In this document: positions 52,290 to 64,000 of the stretch, piece after piece
Position numbering within the stretch: the first letter of the stretch is position 1
How the letters are laid out: every line of letters starts with the position of its first letter
Origin: Octopus sinensis
Taxonomy: Eukaryota
Direction: 5' to 3'
DNA: 64,000 nucleotides
Assembly: GCF_006345805.1 (NCBI RefSeq)
Contig: NC_043011.1
Location: 53,456,464 to 53,520,463 of the forward strand
Notes under the pieces: model-generated
Told to the model about the DNA's origin: nothing
Databases searched by the model: none
What the model saw: only the letters and a program-made list of their open reading frames with translations
Program-made: the position numbers and the translations under genes

Positions 52290-53625
52290 AAATAAGGGTG
52301 AACTGGTGTGGGTGTCTTTCGTGCGACATCTTTCCACAGCTCATCTCATTGACAGAGCTGCAATCTTGGGTCAAACATAGACCAAAATTGAGCATTTGGC
52401 ATCTAGAATGTTACCTGGTGCTCACTGCATTTTACCAGCTGCCGTTAGCAGGAAAACACCCATGATTTTACCAGCTACCGTTAGCAGGAAAACACCCCAT
52501 GATTTCTACAGGGGGCTAGTTGAGGGTATGAGTGATGATGGCCTAGGATTGAATCTAGGCATCAGTGAGAACAGTTTGAGTAGTTTCTTCCAGATGACTT
52601 TTGGATTGAAGATCATGGACAATTTCCAAATTTCATTGGTTTGGCAGTGCTACAAAGGGGCATTGCCTGTTTGAGGCAAGCTCTTCAGGCATGGAGGTGC
52701 AAACAGCTGAACCTGTCCGAGATGCTTGCAGGGGAACAAAACATGCAATAATTCAGTCTCCATACATTAGAGAGTTGTGGGATTGTGTGGAGCAGTTGTC
52801 ACGTGTAAGATGAATTCAGCTGTCTGCTGAATGTATTGTGAAGACTGAAGAACCATTTCCCTTAGCAGAGAAGGAAGGCAGATCTTTCTCTGTTTAGTGG
52901 CTGTGGCAAAAATGGCTGTGTGGTGGACCCATCTGAAAGGTTTGAAGAAAGCACATTCCTATCTAGCCAAGCCCTCTTTAATTTCTTTAACCCTTTCGTT
53001 ACTGTATTTATTTTGAGATGCTCTGTGTTTGTTTCAATTACTTTAAATATAACAAAGAATTTAGTAAAATAAATTAGTTATCATTCAGCTAGTGTTAGAA
53101 ACATAAATTGTGACTAAGGTTTGGTGGAAGATTTTAATTCAAAACTTATGAAAGCAAGACATTTGTACTCGGAGCCAGAGTTGGTTTCAGTCGGGTTGGT
53201 AATGAAAGGGTTAAATATCATTTGAAGATGGAAGGTGAGGGTAGAGAGGGAGGTGCTGCCTTCTTGTGTGGTCAACAGTGGCAAACTTTTGAGACTGAAT
53301 GGATCTACTCTGAATATGCTTTTCTAAGAAGGAGGAAAGAAACAAGAAGAGGGCACCTTCCATGTCATAGGGATGGCAGAGTAATCCAGGATTTTGAGTG
53401 GGGCTTATTCTGGATTCCCTCACTATTGGGGATCCTGTCTATTATTATTTTATTTATTTCTCTACTTTCTGTTATATAATCCTCTGTTGTATCCTTTAAT
53501 GTGGTAGTGTCTCCCCTTGATTGATATTAACCCCACATGTTTTTGTTTTTGCTAACCTTGTGTTGTAACTTGTCCTTTGATATTGTCCTCCATGTCTTGG
53601 GCCCTTGGGGTCTAATGAAAGAAAT
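52290..53625 (+). pseudogene. Tx1/L1-clade LINE 3' portion
   Basis: FQISLVWQCYKGALPV*GKLFRHG...TCPRC...KHAIIQ resembles the zf-RVT zinc knuckle; ends ...GGCCCTTGGGGTCTAATGAAAGAAAT. Confidence 0.6.
52991..53210. mobile_element. piggyBac-type MITE
   Basis: TIRs CCCTTTCGTTAC / GTAATGAAAGGG; TTAA on both sides. Confidence 0.88.
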
Positions 53626-53879
53626 CATTATTATTATTATTATCATTATAAAGGCAGTGAGCGGCAGAGTTGTTAGCACACTGGGGAAAATGCTTAACGG
53701 CATTTCATCTGTTTGCACAATCATCATCATCATCATCATCATCATCATTATCCTCATCATCATTATCCTCATCATCATTATCCTCATCATCATTATCATC
53801 ACTCTCATCATCCTCATCATCATCCTCATCATCATCATCATCATCATCATCACCCTCATTATCATCATCATCATCACCC

Positions 53880-53914
<35 letters not shown>

Positions 53915-54373
53915 GTCGTCGTCGTCGTTGTCGTCGTCGTCGTCGTCGTTGTTGTCCTCGTCGTTTAACGTCCGTTTTCCATGCTAGCATGGGTTGGACG
54001 GTTCGATTGGGGTCCAGGAAGCCAGGAGGTTGCACCAGGCTCCAGTCTGATCTGGCAGTGTTTCTACAGGTGGTGGCCCCCTCCTAACGCCAACCACTCT
54101 GTGAGTGTAGTGGATGCTTTTAACGTGCCACTGGCACAGAGGCCAGAGGAGGCTGGCAGCAGCCACGATTGATTGGTGCTTTTTATATACCACCGGCATG
54201 GAAGCCAGCCAAGGTGGCATCTGAGTTCAAATTCTGCCAAGGTGAACTTTGCCTTCCATCCTTTTGGGGTAGATACATTAAGTATCAGTGACACACTGGG
54301 GTCAATGTCATTGATTAATCTCCTTCCCACAAATTTTAGGCCTTGTGCCTTTAGTAGAAAGGATTATTAATAG

Positions 54374-54836
54374 AAAGTGACACTGGGGTACAAATATACG
54401 AAGCCCAATATACTCATCATGACTACCTCTCTAATAAGGGTACACCAGGCACATGCATCACAACCATATGTGCATGATCTTGCAGGTGGGAGCCAGTTAG
54501 AATTTTCTTCAGGTTGAGTAGCTCATCCCGCTCAAAAGGTCCCTGAATAAGGTTTGTTTAAGAATAATGAATGAAGCAACCATGTTTCCAGAGGTGAATT
54601 ATTCAAACCCCAAAGAATCCCTCTCAACACATGGCTATGATGCTCCCACACTACTTCTGCTTATGATCAGAGATGCACATATCGTCAGCCACTAAGGGAC
54701 ATGCTCAACTGGTTAAGGTCAAGCAACTGACAAGCAAATCTGTGGTATTGAGGAGATTATTTGCTGTAGCCCATCTTTTATACCAAGGCAAAACAATGTA
54801 CAAGATAACAGAAGCCATGAGAGCCATTGCCTAGCA
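54374..54836 (-). mobile_element. Family E repeat, second copy
   Basis: Reverse complement of 25889-26444 with internal deletions. Confidence 0.8.
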
Positions 54837-55130
54837 TTATTTATTATTGTTGTTGTTGTTGTTGTTATTAATATTTTTTTCCTTCTTTCTTCAAATTTTC
54901 TTCCATTTCTCGCCGAGTGATTTCCATACACCTAGGGCAGAGAAGCTCATTGTATGCATTCCCAGATTACACGCACAAGTTCACAGACAAAATATGTATT
55001 TAAAAAAATTAATAAATAAATTCATGAATGGATGTTGTTTTCACAGCGATAATGCTCTTCTCAGTACATTATTATTATTATTATTATTGTTATCATTATT
55101 ACTAATACTATTACTATTATTTTTACTATT

Positions 55131-55199
<69 letters not shown>

Positions 55200-55458
55200 G
55201 TTGTTATTATTAAAGTGATGAGTTGGCCTTTATGTTCTGAGTTAAAATTCCATCGAGGTCAACTTTGCCTTTTGATCTTTCAGGATCAATAAAATAAGTA
55301 CCAGCTGAAAACTGGGGTCAATTTATCAATTACATTGGCCCCAGTGCTCAGCTGGGACTTATTTTATTGACCTGGGAAGGATGAAAGCAAAGTTGACCTC
55401 AGGAGAATTTGAACTCAGAACATAAAGACAGAGAAATCGTGCTAAGCATTCTGACTGG

Positions 55459-55527
55459 CGTCACTGCTTGGAATTGAACTCGGAATCTTGTGGTTAGTAG
55501 CCCATGGTCTTAACCACTACCTGAATC

Positions 55528-55558
<31 letters not shown>

Positions 55559-56073
55559 CATCGAAAAATACCTTAGGAATGAGAACCCAGGTTTGAAATT
55601 TCTCCAAGACACCTGATGAAGGCTGGAGGGTATATCAACCGAAACATTGTGTTAATAACAAAGAAGTTGAGGACAAATATCTGTCAATTGTACATAATGT
55701 ATATAATGTACATAATTCCTCATATCTTCAATAAAAGCCCATGGGCATATGGTGTAGTGGTTAAGAGTACGGGCTACTAGTCCCAAGATTTCAAGTTTGA
55801 TTCCAGGCAGTGACCTGAATAATAACGACAATAATAATAACAACAACAACATTGAAAAATACTTTAGTAGCCCATGCTATTAACCACTACACCATATGCC
55901 CATCGAAAAATACCTTAGGAATAAGAACCCAGGTTCGAAATATCCCCAAGACTCCTGATGAAGGCTGGAGGGTATATCAGGCGAAACATTGTGTTAACAA
56001 CAAACAAGATGAGGAAATATATCTGTCAGATGTAAATAATGTGCATAATTCCTCATCTCTTAAATATAGAACT
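55459..56073 (+). mobile_element. Family C complex partial-tandem locus with two hammerheads
   Basis: Inverted head piece, body with hammerhead (55608-55653, CTGATGA core), head 55741-55820, inverted head piece, body with hammerhead (55950-55995), full tail. Confidence 0.8.
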
Positions 56074-56127
56074 AGATTAGTAGTAGTTGTTAGATTTGGT
56101 GTGTATATATATATATATATATTATAT

Positions 56128-56163
<36 letters not shown>

Positions 56164-57049
56164 GTATATCATCAGCTTGATCATTGTCATAATTAGTGCA
56201 TCATGCAAATTAATTTGAGAAATTTGTTCTTAATTACTTGAAATTATCTCTCTTTTCTTTGAAAGTTGCTGACCATTATCACTCACTAGGTTTTGTTTCA
56301 CAACCGTCGGAGCACGAAGCGCTCTGCATGGCCTCATGTTCGTGAGACGGTTGTGATATGTAAATAGTTTTGAGTTGGAATCGGAAAGAGAAGTATGAAC
56401 ATGCAATGTGCATGTGCACACTGAATTCGTAAAATGGAAGAGAAGAATAAAAATGCAAAGCATGTGTCAAAACAGAGCAGAAGAGAGGAATAAAAATGCA
56501 ATGTCAAGCAAGTTATATGATGGTCTGCATGCCACATCTGACACCACCATCATGCAGCTTTGCTACAATTTTCTTGCTATGTTTGTTATTGTTTTCCCAG
56601 CTAAGAAGAAAATTTCAATTAATTAAAATATGCTTTTTTCATGTCCACCAGTCAGCACACATCTCCTTTAGCTTTATGTTGATAGCTAATCCAGAGGAGC
56701 AGGGGTCGATGTAGAAACAAAAGAAGAAGCAATGAGACAAAACAATGCTTTTATAATTTAGTGATTGCAGCATGTTGGTTTGAGGATTATTGCAAACCAT
56801 CAAATTATTCGTATTACTGCACTGACTCCAAAAGATTTGTGGCCTTGTGCCTATAACAGAGAAGCATTATTGATGAAAATATTTTTAAAGAATTTTGTTC
56901 AAAGCATGTTTCGTAAAAGAAAATAATAGTAGTAAAAATAAATGCAGAAAGAACAAGGTTAGCAGTCTCTGGAGAATAGTTACACCATTTTCTGATAGCG
57001 ATTTATTTGTGTTTTTTTTTCTCTTTTTCTCCTTTTAAAGCCTATATTT

Positions 57050-57400
57050 TGATGTTTTCCTTTTCTTAGTACAAAAGATACTGAAAATGATGTTCAAAGA
57101 AGGACGAATAATGCAGTGGATCTGTTTGAAAGTTAATCCCAAGTGACCCTCTAAACCACTTCAGAAGGACTGCAAAGATACGTCTTTATTCGAATTATCC
57201 ATGTGAACTGCCTCTACATCGAACATGGAAGAATTTGTGAAGATACATCAGATAGATGCTTTTTTACTTATGAAACTCTTTGGAAATGAATTCTGAATAA
57301 AACATGACTTAATCACATGAGGAAGAAACAGAAGCGAGATGATGGCGATTTTTAGGATATTGGTGTAGTTTTGAGAAGAGACAAGTGAGACTTATTCTTC
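57050..57400 (+). pseudogene. Very decayed RTE-like LINE C-terminal fragment
   Basis: Pieces ENDVQRRTNNA, KIRLY, QIDAF, KQKR..WRFLG resemble the RTE post-RT region. Confidence 0.4.
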
Positions 57401-57589
57401 ATGTCTTCACATCTATATGTTCTGGGTAGTTTTTAGAATTAGTACCAAGGACATTGTTATTATTGGTTATAACTTAACTTCCAAATCAAATCATCTCCGA
57501 CCAAGCAAGTTTATGATCAAATGTATTCTAACCATGACCATACTGCATGTATTTTCAAACAATGGTCCACATTTTCCAATGCATACTCT

Positions 57590-57888
57590 CTCTTTTTACT
57601 CTTTTACTTGTTTCAGTCATTTGACTGCGGCCATGCTGGAGCATCGGTTGTCAAGCAATGCTAGGGGGACAAACACAGACACACACACACACACACGCAT
57701 ATATATATATATATATACATATATACGACGGGCTTCTTTTCAGTTTCCGTCTACCAAATCCACTCACAAGGCTTTGGTCGGCCCGAGGCTATAGAAGAAG
57801 ACACTTGCCCAAGGTGCCACGCAGTGGGACTGAACCCAGGACCATGTGGTTGGTAAACAAGCTACTTACCACACAGCCACTCCTGTGC
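57590..57888 (-). mobile_element. SINE A with internal deletion
   Basis: Tail joined at the AGCA(C/T)CG microhomology, removing about 110 bp. Confidence 0.88.
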
Positions 57889-58987
57889 ATCCTTCTATTT
57901 GGAATAAATTATATTTCGTTGCTATTTCTAGTAGATTATGTGACTGTATGGATCATCCCTCAATGGCTTATAATCACAGAGAGACTCTGCTGTTGACTCA
58001 AAGGTAAAAGAAATCCGATGAAGTATTTTTAGTGAGGACTTAAGGTTCATAGCAGTATCTGGAGAATCATTTGAGGAAACTTCACTTTGAGTAGGAGACA
58101 ATAAATCTTAAACTGAAATTGGTTATATTAAGGTCTGTCTATCACACGAGGATCCAGTTTTGAATAGGTATTTTAGCAGTGATATTGGATTCAACTGGTG
58201 GCACAAGGCCAGCAATTTCGGTGGAGGAGCTAAATTGACCCCAATCCTCAACTGGCACTTCTTTTATCAACTCCAAAAGGATGACAAGCGAGGTCGATCC
58301 TGGCAGTATTTGAACCCAGAATGTAAAGATGGATGAAACGTTGCTAAACGTTTTGCCCAGTGTGCTAATGGTTCTGTCAGATTGCCATCTTATTTTTAGC
58401 AGTCATATTAATGCCAAGGTTTTATTTTATCATTCATATTGTTATAAATGGAGGTAAGAAGTTGATTGGCAGATGGGGGTGTTTAGTAGAGTATTGGACT
58501 AATTCCTTATTTGATTATATTCATCATCATCATCATCATCGTTTAGCATCCGCTTTCCATGCTAGCATAGGTTGGACGGTTCAACTGGGAGCTGGGAAGC
58601 CAGAAGGCTGCACCAGGCCCAGTTTGATCTGGCAATGTTTCTACGGCTGGATGCCCTTCCTAACGCCAACCACTCCATGAGTGTAGTATATTCCATATGG
58701 TATTTAATAACATTCGTTTATGTTCTGTGTTCAAATCTTGCTGGGCCAACTTTGATTCACGTCCTTAATAAAATTTATACCTGTCATATACTGGGATCAC
58801 TTTGATTTATTAAATCTCCTCCGCTACAAATATGTGGTCTTGTGCCAATCTAGAATGCTATTTGGATTAACAAAATCATTGACGTAACAGAAAAAATTAC
58901 ACTCGGTCCTTCCTACCCAGAATATTGACATTCTGGGATTCCCCCCACTCTGTTCATATCTTTCCTACATTCTCTGACTTGCAAGGA

Positions 58988-59627
58988 CCCTTTAACATCT
59001 AAACCAGCCATACATAGCCCAAATATTCTACCTGTTTCTATGCTCTGACTGTCCACATCCAGACTCTCACACCTGCCCTACAATACCATTCTAAAAATGA
59101 ATATTCATATCATCAAAGCGATAAGATAAGGTATGATTAATTAAAAATAATGTGAATAAATAACTCTCTTTCTCTCTTTTCTCTCTTTTACTTGTTTCAG
59201 TCATTTGACTGTGGCCATGCTGGAGCACCGCCTTTGGTCGAGCAAATCGACCCCGGGACTTATTCTTTGTAAGCCCAGTACTTATTCTATCGGTCTCTTT
59301 TGCCGAACCGCTAAGTGACGGGGACGTAAACACACCAGCACCGGTTGTCAAGCAATGCTAGAGGGACAAACACAGACACACAAACATATACACACACATA
59401 CATATATATATACATATACATACGACAGGCTTCTTTCAGTTTCTGTCTCCCAAATCCACTCACAAGGCTTTGGTCGGCCCGAGGCTATAGCAGAAGACAC
59501 TTGCCCAAGATGCCACGCAGTGGGACTGAACCCGGAACCATGTGGTTGGTTAGCAAGCTACTTACCACACAGCCACTCCTGCGCCTATTACTATTACATT
59601 TGACTGAGTAATCTGAATGCTAAAGGG
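58988..59627. mobile_element. piggyBac-type MITE (family of 15532-15759, inverted) interrupted by a young SINE A (-, 59165-59586)
   Basis: Ends CCCTTTAACATCT / GAATGCTAAAGGG; internal similarity to the 15532 element. Confidence 0.75.
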
Positions 59628-59807
59628 TTTAGCAGAATCAGTTTCTCTGATCAACATCATCAATTTCACTGATTGATTGGAGTAAGTAGAAGAAACAAAA
59701 AATGCTTTGTATTTAGTCACAGCTCTTTATGCTCTGAGTTGATAAAATAAGTTACAATTAGTTATGTTTTCATGGTAGCCTGGACACAAAGAAGGACACT
59801 GCATGTA

Positions 59808-60553
59808 CAGTCGTGGCCAAAAGTTTGGAACATAGGTTTGAAAATTAGAATTTTTACACTAAATGCCCAAAGTTGTATTTAATTTGCAATATTGCTTGCT
59901 GACCAACCACATGGTTCCAGGTTCAGTCCCATTGCGTGGCGCCTTGGGCAAGTATCTTCTACTATAGCCTCGAGCCAACCAAAGCCTTGTGAGTGGATTT
60001 GGTAGACAGAAACTGAAAGAAGCCCATCGTATATATATATGTATATATATGTATGTGTGTGTGTTTATGTTTGTGTGTATGTTTGTCTCCCCAACATCGC
60101 TTGACAACTGATGCTGATGTGTTTACATCCCCGTAACTTAGCAGTTCGGCAAAAAGGAATAAGTACTAGGCTTACGAAGAATAAGTCCTGGGATTGATCT
60201 GCTCAACTAAAGGTGGTGCTCCAGCATGGCCACAGTCAAATGACTGAAACAAGTGAAAGAGTAAAAGAGAGTAAAGAGTATATCTTATTACTTGACCAAA
60301 AGTTTGGAACATAGGTCTGAAAATTTTTTCTTCCATTTATAACTGTTTTACCATATTAGTATCAGTTGGATAGATATACAAATTCAGAGATTTGCATAAA
60401 ATGTTGCAGTAGCTATGGTATAAAACTGAATATGTTCCTGCCGGCAATGGTTCAATCTAAGGGAGAGGTGGTATCTCTATGTCCACCATTACATTTATTA
60501 CATTTAATGCGTCTAGTATTTGTATGTATGTATGTATGTGTATGAGAGAGAGC

Positions 60554-60607
<54 letters not shown>

Positions 60608-60760
60608 CAGCTACATAGATTTAAGTCCATATCAGGCTTCATGCATTGGATCAGTTATTCAGTAAGCATATCTTTACATTGTATATATTTGAATAAAATT
60701 ATACTCGAGGTTAACAATTTTAATTTTAGCAAAATGTTCCAGACTTTTGGCCAAGAATGT
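59808..60760. mobile_element. Tc1-type MITE with a duplicated left end, a SINE A insertion (59893-60278) and a templated insert
   Basis: TA|CAGTCGTGGCCAAAAGTTTGGAACA, repeated at about 60290; right end TGTTCCAGACTTTTGGCCAAGAATG|TA. Confidence 0.7.
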
Positions 60761-61744
60761 ATTAGGGTAATGCTCATTAACAACAGTCATATGATGCTAA
60801 CATAAGGTGACACCAAATACACACATATATATTGTTATTTATAACACCTAGAAGAAAATGCTTCTTTTGCACTCACCAAAGTCAATGCAGCTTTGGTCAG
60901 GAGGAATTTGACACCATCAGACGGTATCCAATGATTGTCAATTGTTTCAACCCTGAACTGTAACACCATTCAGAGTCAAAACACAAAGAGACACAAAACA
61001 CACACACATATACACATATAGTACAATGGAGTGATTCTCAAACTTTTTCAGCCTACTGCCCCACTGGCACCCATGCCACATTCCTTGTGCCCCTGCACCA
61101 ACTCACCACCACAAATATGGACCGCTTTCTGCACCAAATTCAAAACCAACTGTATTTCAAAAATAAAACTTTACCTAATTAACCCATTATTTTGTTCAAT
61201 GCCCACCCTGTTGGATCCACTTTGGAACCCACTAGTATAATGTATGTATATTGTTGTTCATAAGTAAACAATAAAGTACTTTGTACATGGTTGTGGTAGA
61301 AATTTTAGGGTTCATTAAATTTTTGTTTAGTGCTAAATGTGTGATTAATTCCATCCAAACCATAGATTTTTAACCGGGTATCCAAATGTGCATGAGAAGA
61401 AGTATGTCTGCTAATTCTTAATACTGTTTCACATCCTCTGAACATTGTGGATTTCCACTTTGACAAATGCATGAAGCCTAATATGGTCTTAAATCTATGT
61501 AGCTGCTCTCTCTCTCTCTCTCTAGCTCTCTCTCATACACATACATACATACATACAAATACTAGACGCATTAAATGTAATAAATGTGATGGTGGACAGA
61601 GAGATACCACCTCTCCCTTAGATTGAACCATTGCCGGCAGGAACATATTCAGTTTTATACCATAGCTACTGCAACATTTTATGCAAATCTCTGAATTTGT
61701 ATATCTATCCAACTGATACTAATATGGTAAAACAGTTATAAATG
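60334..61744. repeat. Near-identical inverted repeat of about 280-310 bp (60334-60647 / 61466-61744)
   Basis: Arms differ by a handful of substitutions and (GA)n length. Confidence 0.95.
61029..61234. mobile_element. hAT MITE
   Basis: TIRs GAGTGATTCTCAAA / TTTGGAACCCACTA; TSD GTACAATG / GTATAATG. Confidence 0.7.
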
Positions 61745-61863
61745 CAGAGAACCAAGCAACAAATATATTCAAAGAGGCATTCGCAAAGTACACATAACAT
61801 ATGAGTATGTGTGTGTGCATGTATATATATACATATAAATATATATGTGTATGTATATATACG

Positions 61864-61957
<94 letters not shown>

Positions 61958-62242
61958 CTTACAACATCTATTTACCTACAGATGTACATATAAAGCAGTT
62001 ATACATGGCATGCACACACACACACATACACACATACATACATACACAAACATATTGCTTACAAAATCTATTTACATAGAGATAAACACACAAAACAGTT
62101 TTACACAGCACACTTACATGTATGTATATTACATGGACTTATACCAAACAAATTATGCACACAAAATTTTTCCAGACTCTCACAGTTTTTGCACACAGCC
62201 CATATAAGCACAGATTTATATACACAACATATATACAAGTCA

Positions 62243-62288
<46 letters not shown>

Positions 62289-62440
62289 CACAGTTCATCT
62301 ACACTCTACACATACATGGAAGTATATATATATGTACATTTAGAAATATTTTGTATGAGTCTTTCTGAACAGAAATGTGTCTGTATGTATGTATGTGTCT
62401 ATGTACATATTAATATTTTTATGTGTTGTGGTTATGTGCT

Positions 62441-62490
<50 letters not shown>

Positions 62491-63269
62491 GTGTGTGTGT
62501 GTGTTAGTGTGTGTGTGTGTGTGTGTGAGTATAACACTCGTGCACATATAAAAATATATAATTTGCATAAGTAGACATGAATGTATGTGTGTGTTTCGGT
62601 GTGTGTGTGTGTGTGTGTGTGTGTGAGTATGTGTGTGTTTCGGTGTGTGTGTGTGTGTGTATGTGTGTGTGTGTGTGTGTGTTTCGGTGTGTGTGTGTGT
62701 GTGTGTGTTTCGGTGTGTGTTTGTGTGTGTGTGTGTGTATGTTTGTGTTTCAGTGTGTGTGTGTGTGTAACTATTTGTCTGTCTCCTCTCATTGTCAGAA
62801 AGCTATGTTACAGCTTTGACAAAACTGCAATATTTTTATTTCATCCTGCATCATGTCTTATTCATGGTAAAAACCAATTCTCTAAAGACGGCAAGTGAAA
62901 TGTGACTGACCAGACATGTCTCCGATAACTACGACAGACTTTCAAATTGATGTTAATGTGTATCTAGCGATTTATCAGGTGTAAACGATGGACACGAGCT
63001 TCACAACAATTTCGGAGAGAGTGAGATGAAAGATTTCGACAGCTGTCTGATGTATGTCGTTTTTGAGGTAGTTTTCTCATTAACAATATTGATATGTTCT
63101 ACACAAAACAGACTCTTTTCATTATGCATAATTAAAAAAATAAAATGAGCTAAGGGAAGTAACTCAAGTGGACCAGTGACATGAAGATAAATAAGTTAAG
63201 TTGATGATGTTCATTATTGACAGATGTAAGCAAAAAAAAAAAAAAATTAATCTTTAGCGCCTTTCAAAT

Positions 63270-63520
63270 AAAGGAACGGGAGCAGGATATAATTTTAAGA
63301 AATTAAGAATTAATTTCACAAAATTTATTTTTATATTTACAAAATCTGGTATTTGTTAGCTTTGAGTTTTGTGAACTGATGAGGTGTAATAAGAACAAAA
63401 CATGTTCGTAGTTGTCCTCCTGCTTGTTAACAAAAATCTGTTGCATTTTTCTTAAATGCGTGAATTTATTTTGTGAAATTAATTCTTAATTTCTTGATAT
63501 TATCTCCCCTTTTCCTTTCA
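63270..63520. repeat. Inverted repeat enclosing a hammerhead-like remnant
   Basis: AAGAAATTAAGAATTAATTTCACAAAAT (63297-63324) / ATTTTGTGAAATTAATTCTTAATTTCTT (63468-63495); CTGATGAGG...AAACATGT inside. Confidence 0.55.
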
Positions 63521-64000
63521 GAGCTGCTAACTATTACTGTTAGGTTTCTTCTTTCTCCAACTAATACGGAAATTTTGGCCATTTGATAATTTTTATCCTT
63601 ATACATACAGTACAATACATACATACATACATACATAATACATACATACATACATACATACATAATACATACATACATACATACATAAATGATAACACAG
63701 AGGGGTTGTGGTTCACTACAGCTGCTTTAGATGTGTTCTTTGTTGAAGAACAAAAGTGTTACATCATGCAAAAGAACTGTTTTTTATCAGGTGAATACTG
63801 GCAAGAATTAACAATAAGAACTTCTGGCAAAACAGGACATAGTGCCAGATGATCACCTAACCTGATTTTGGCAGAAAATACACACACACAAACACACACA
63901 CATTCACACATGCAAACGCACACGCACATGCACACACACACACACACATACACACACGTGCACACACACAAGTAAGAACATAGATGCAAAACAAAGTGGA

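Noticed and set aside
56298-56320. miR-67/307 family member (TCACAACC seed)
   Set aside because: Only the seed matches and it lies on the 5' arm, whereas that family's mature product is 3'.

Overview
AT-rich, microsatellite-saturated eukaryotic genomic DNA. Repeat content and SINE architecture suggest a coleoid cephalopod (Octopus-like); this is inference, not a database match. Almost all supplied ORFs are translations of simple repeats or SINEs. The best host-gene signal is a pair of likely terminal + strand exons (4271-4406, 5082-5174) with a repeat-free 3' UTR; the protein is unidentified. The rest is transposon debris: several SINE families (labelled A-F here, working names only), three decayed mariner copies, a Helitron with a PIF1-type helicase remnant, hAT/piggyBac/Tc1 MITEs, and RTE, CR1, Tx1/L1 and R4/Dong-type LINE fragments. 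There is a 100-N gap at 46447-46546. The main finding is family C: a tRNA-headed SINE carrying a minimal type-I hammerhead ribozyme fold and a Penelope-like tail. At three of its four loci, an inverted tail copy plus the SINE lie together inside 12-13 bp target-site duplications, making it a candidate Penelope-mobilised ribozyme SINE. Several other hammerhead-like, pLTR-like elements also occur in the window.
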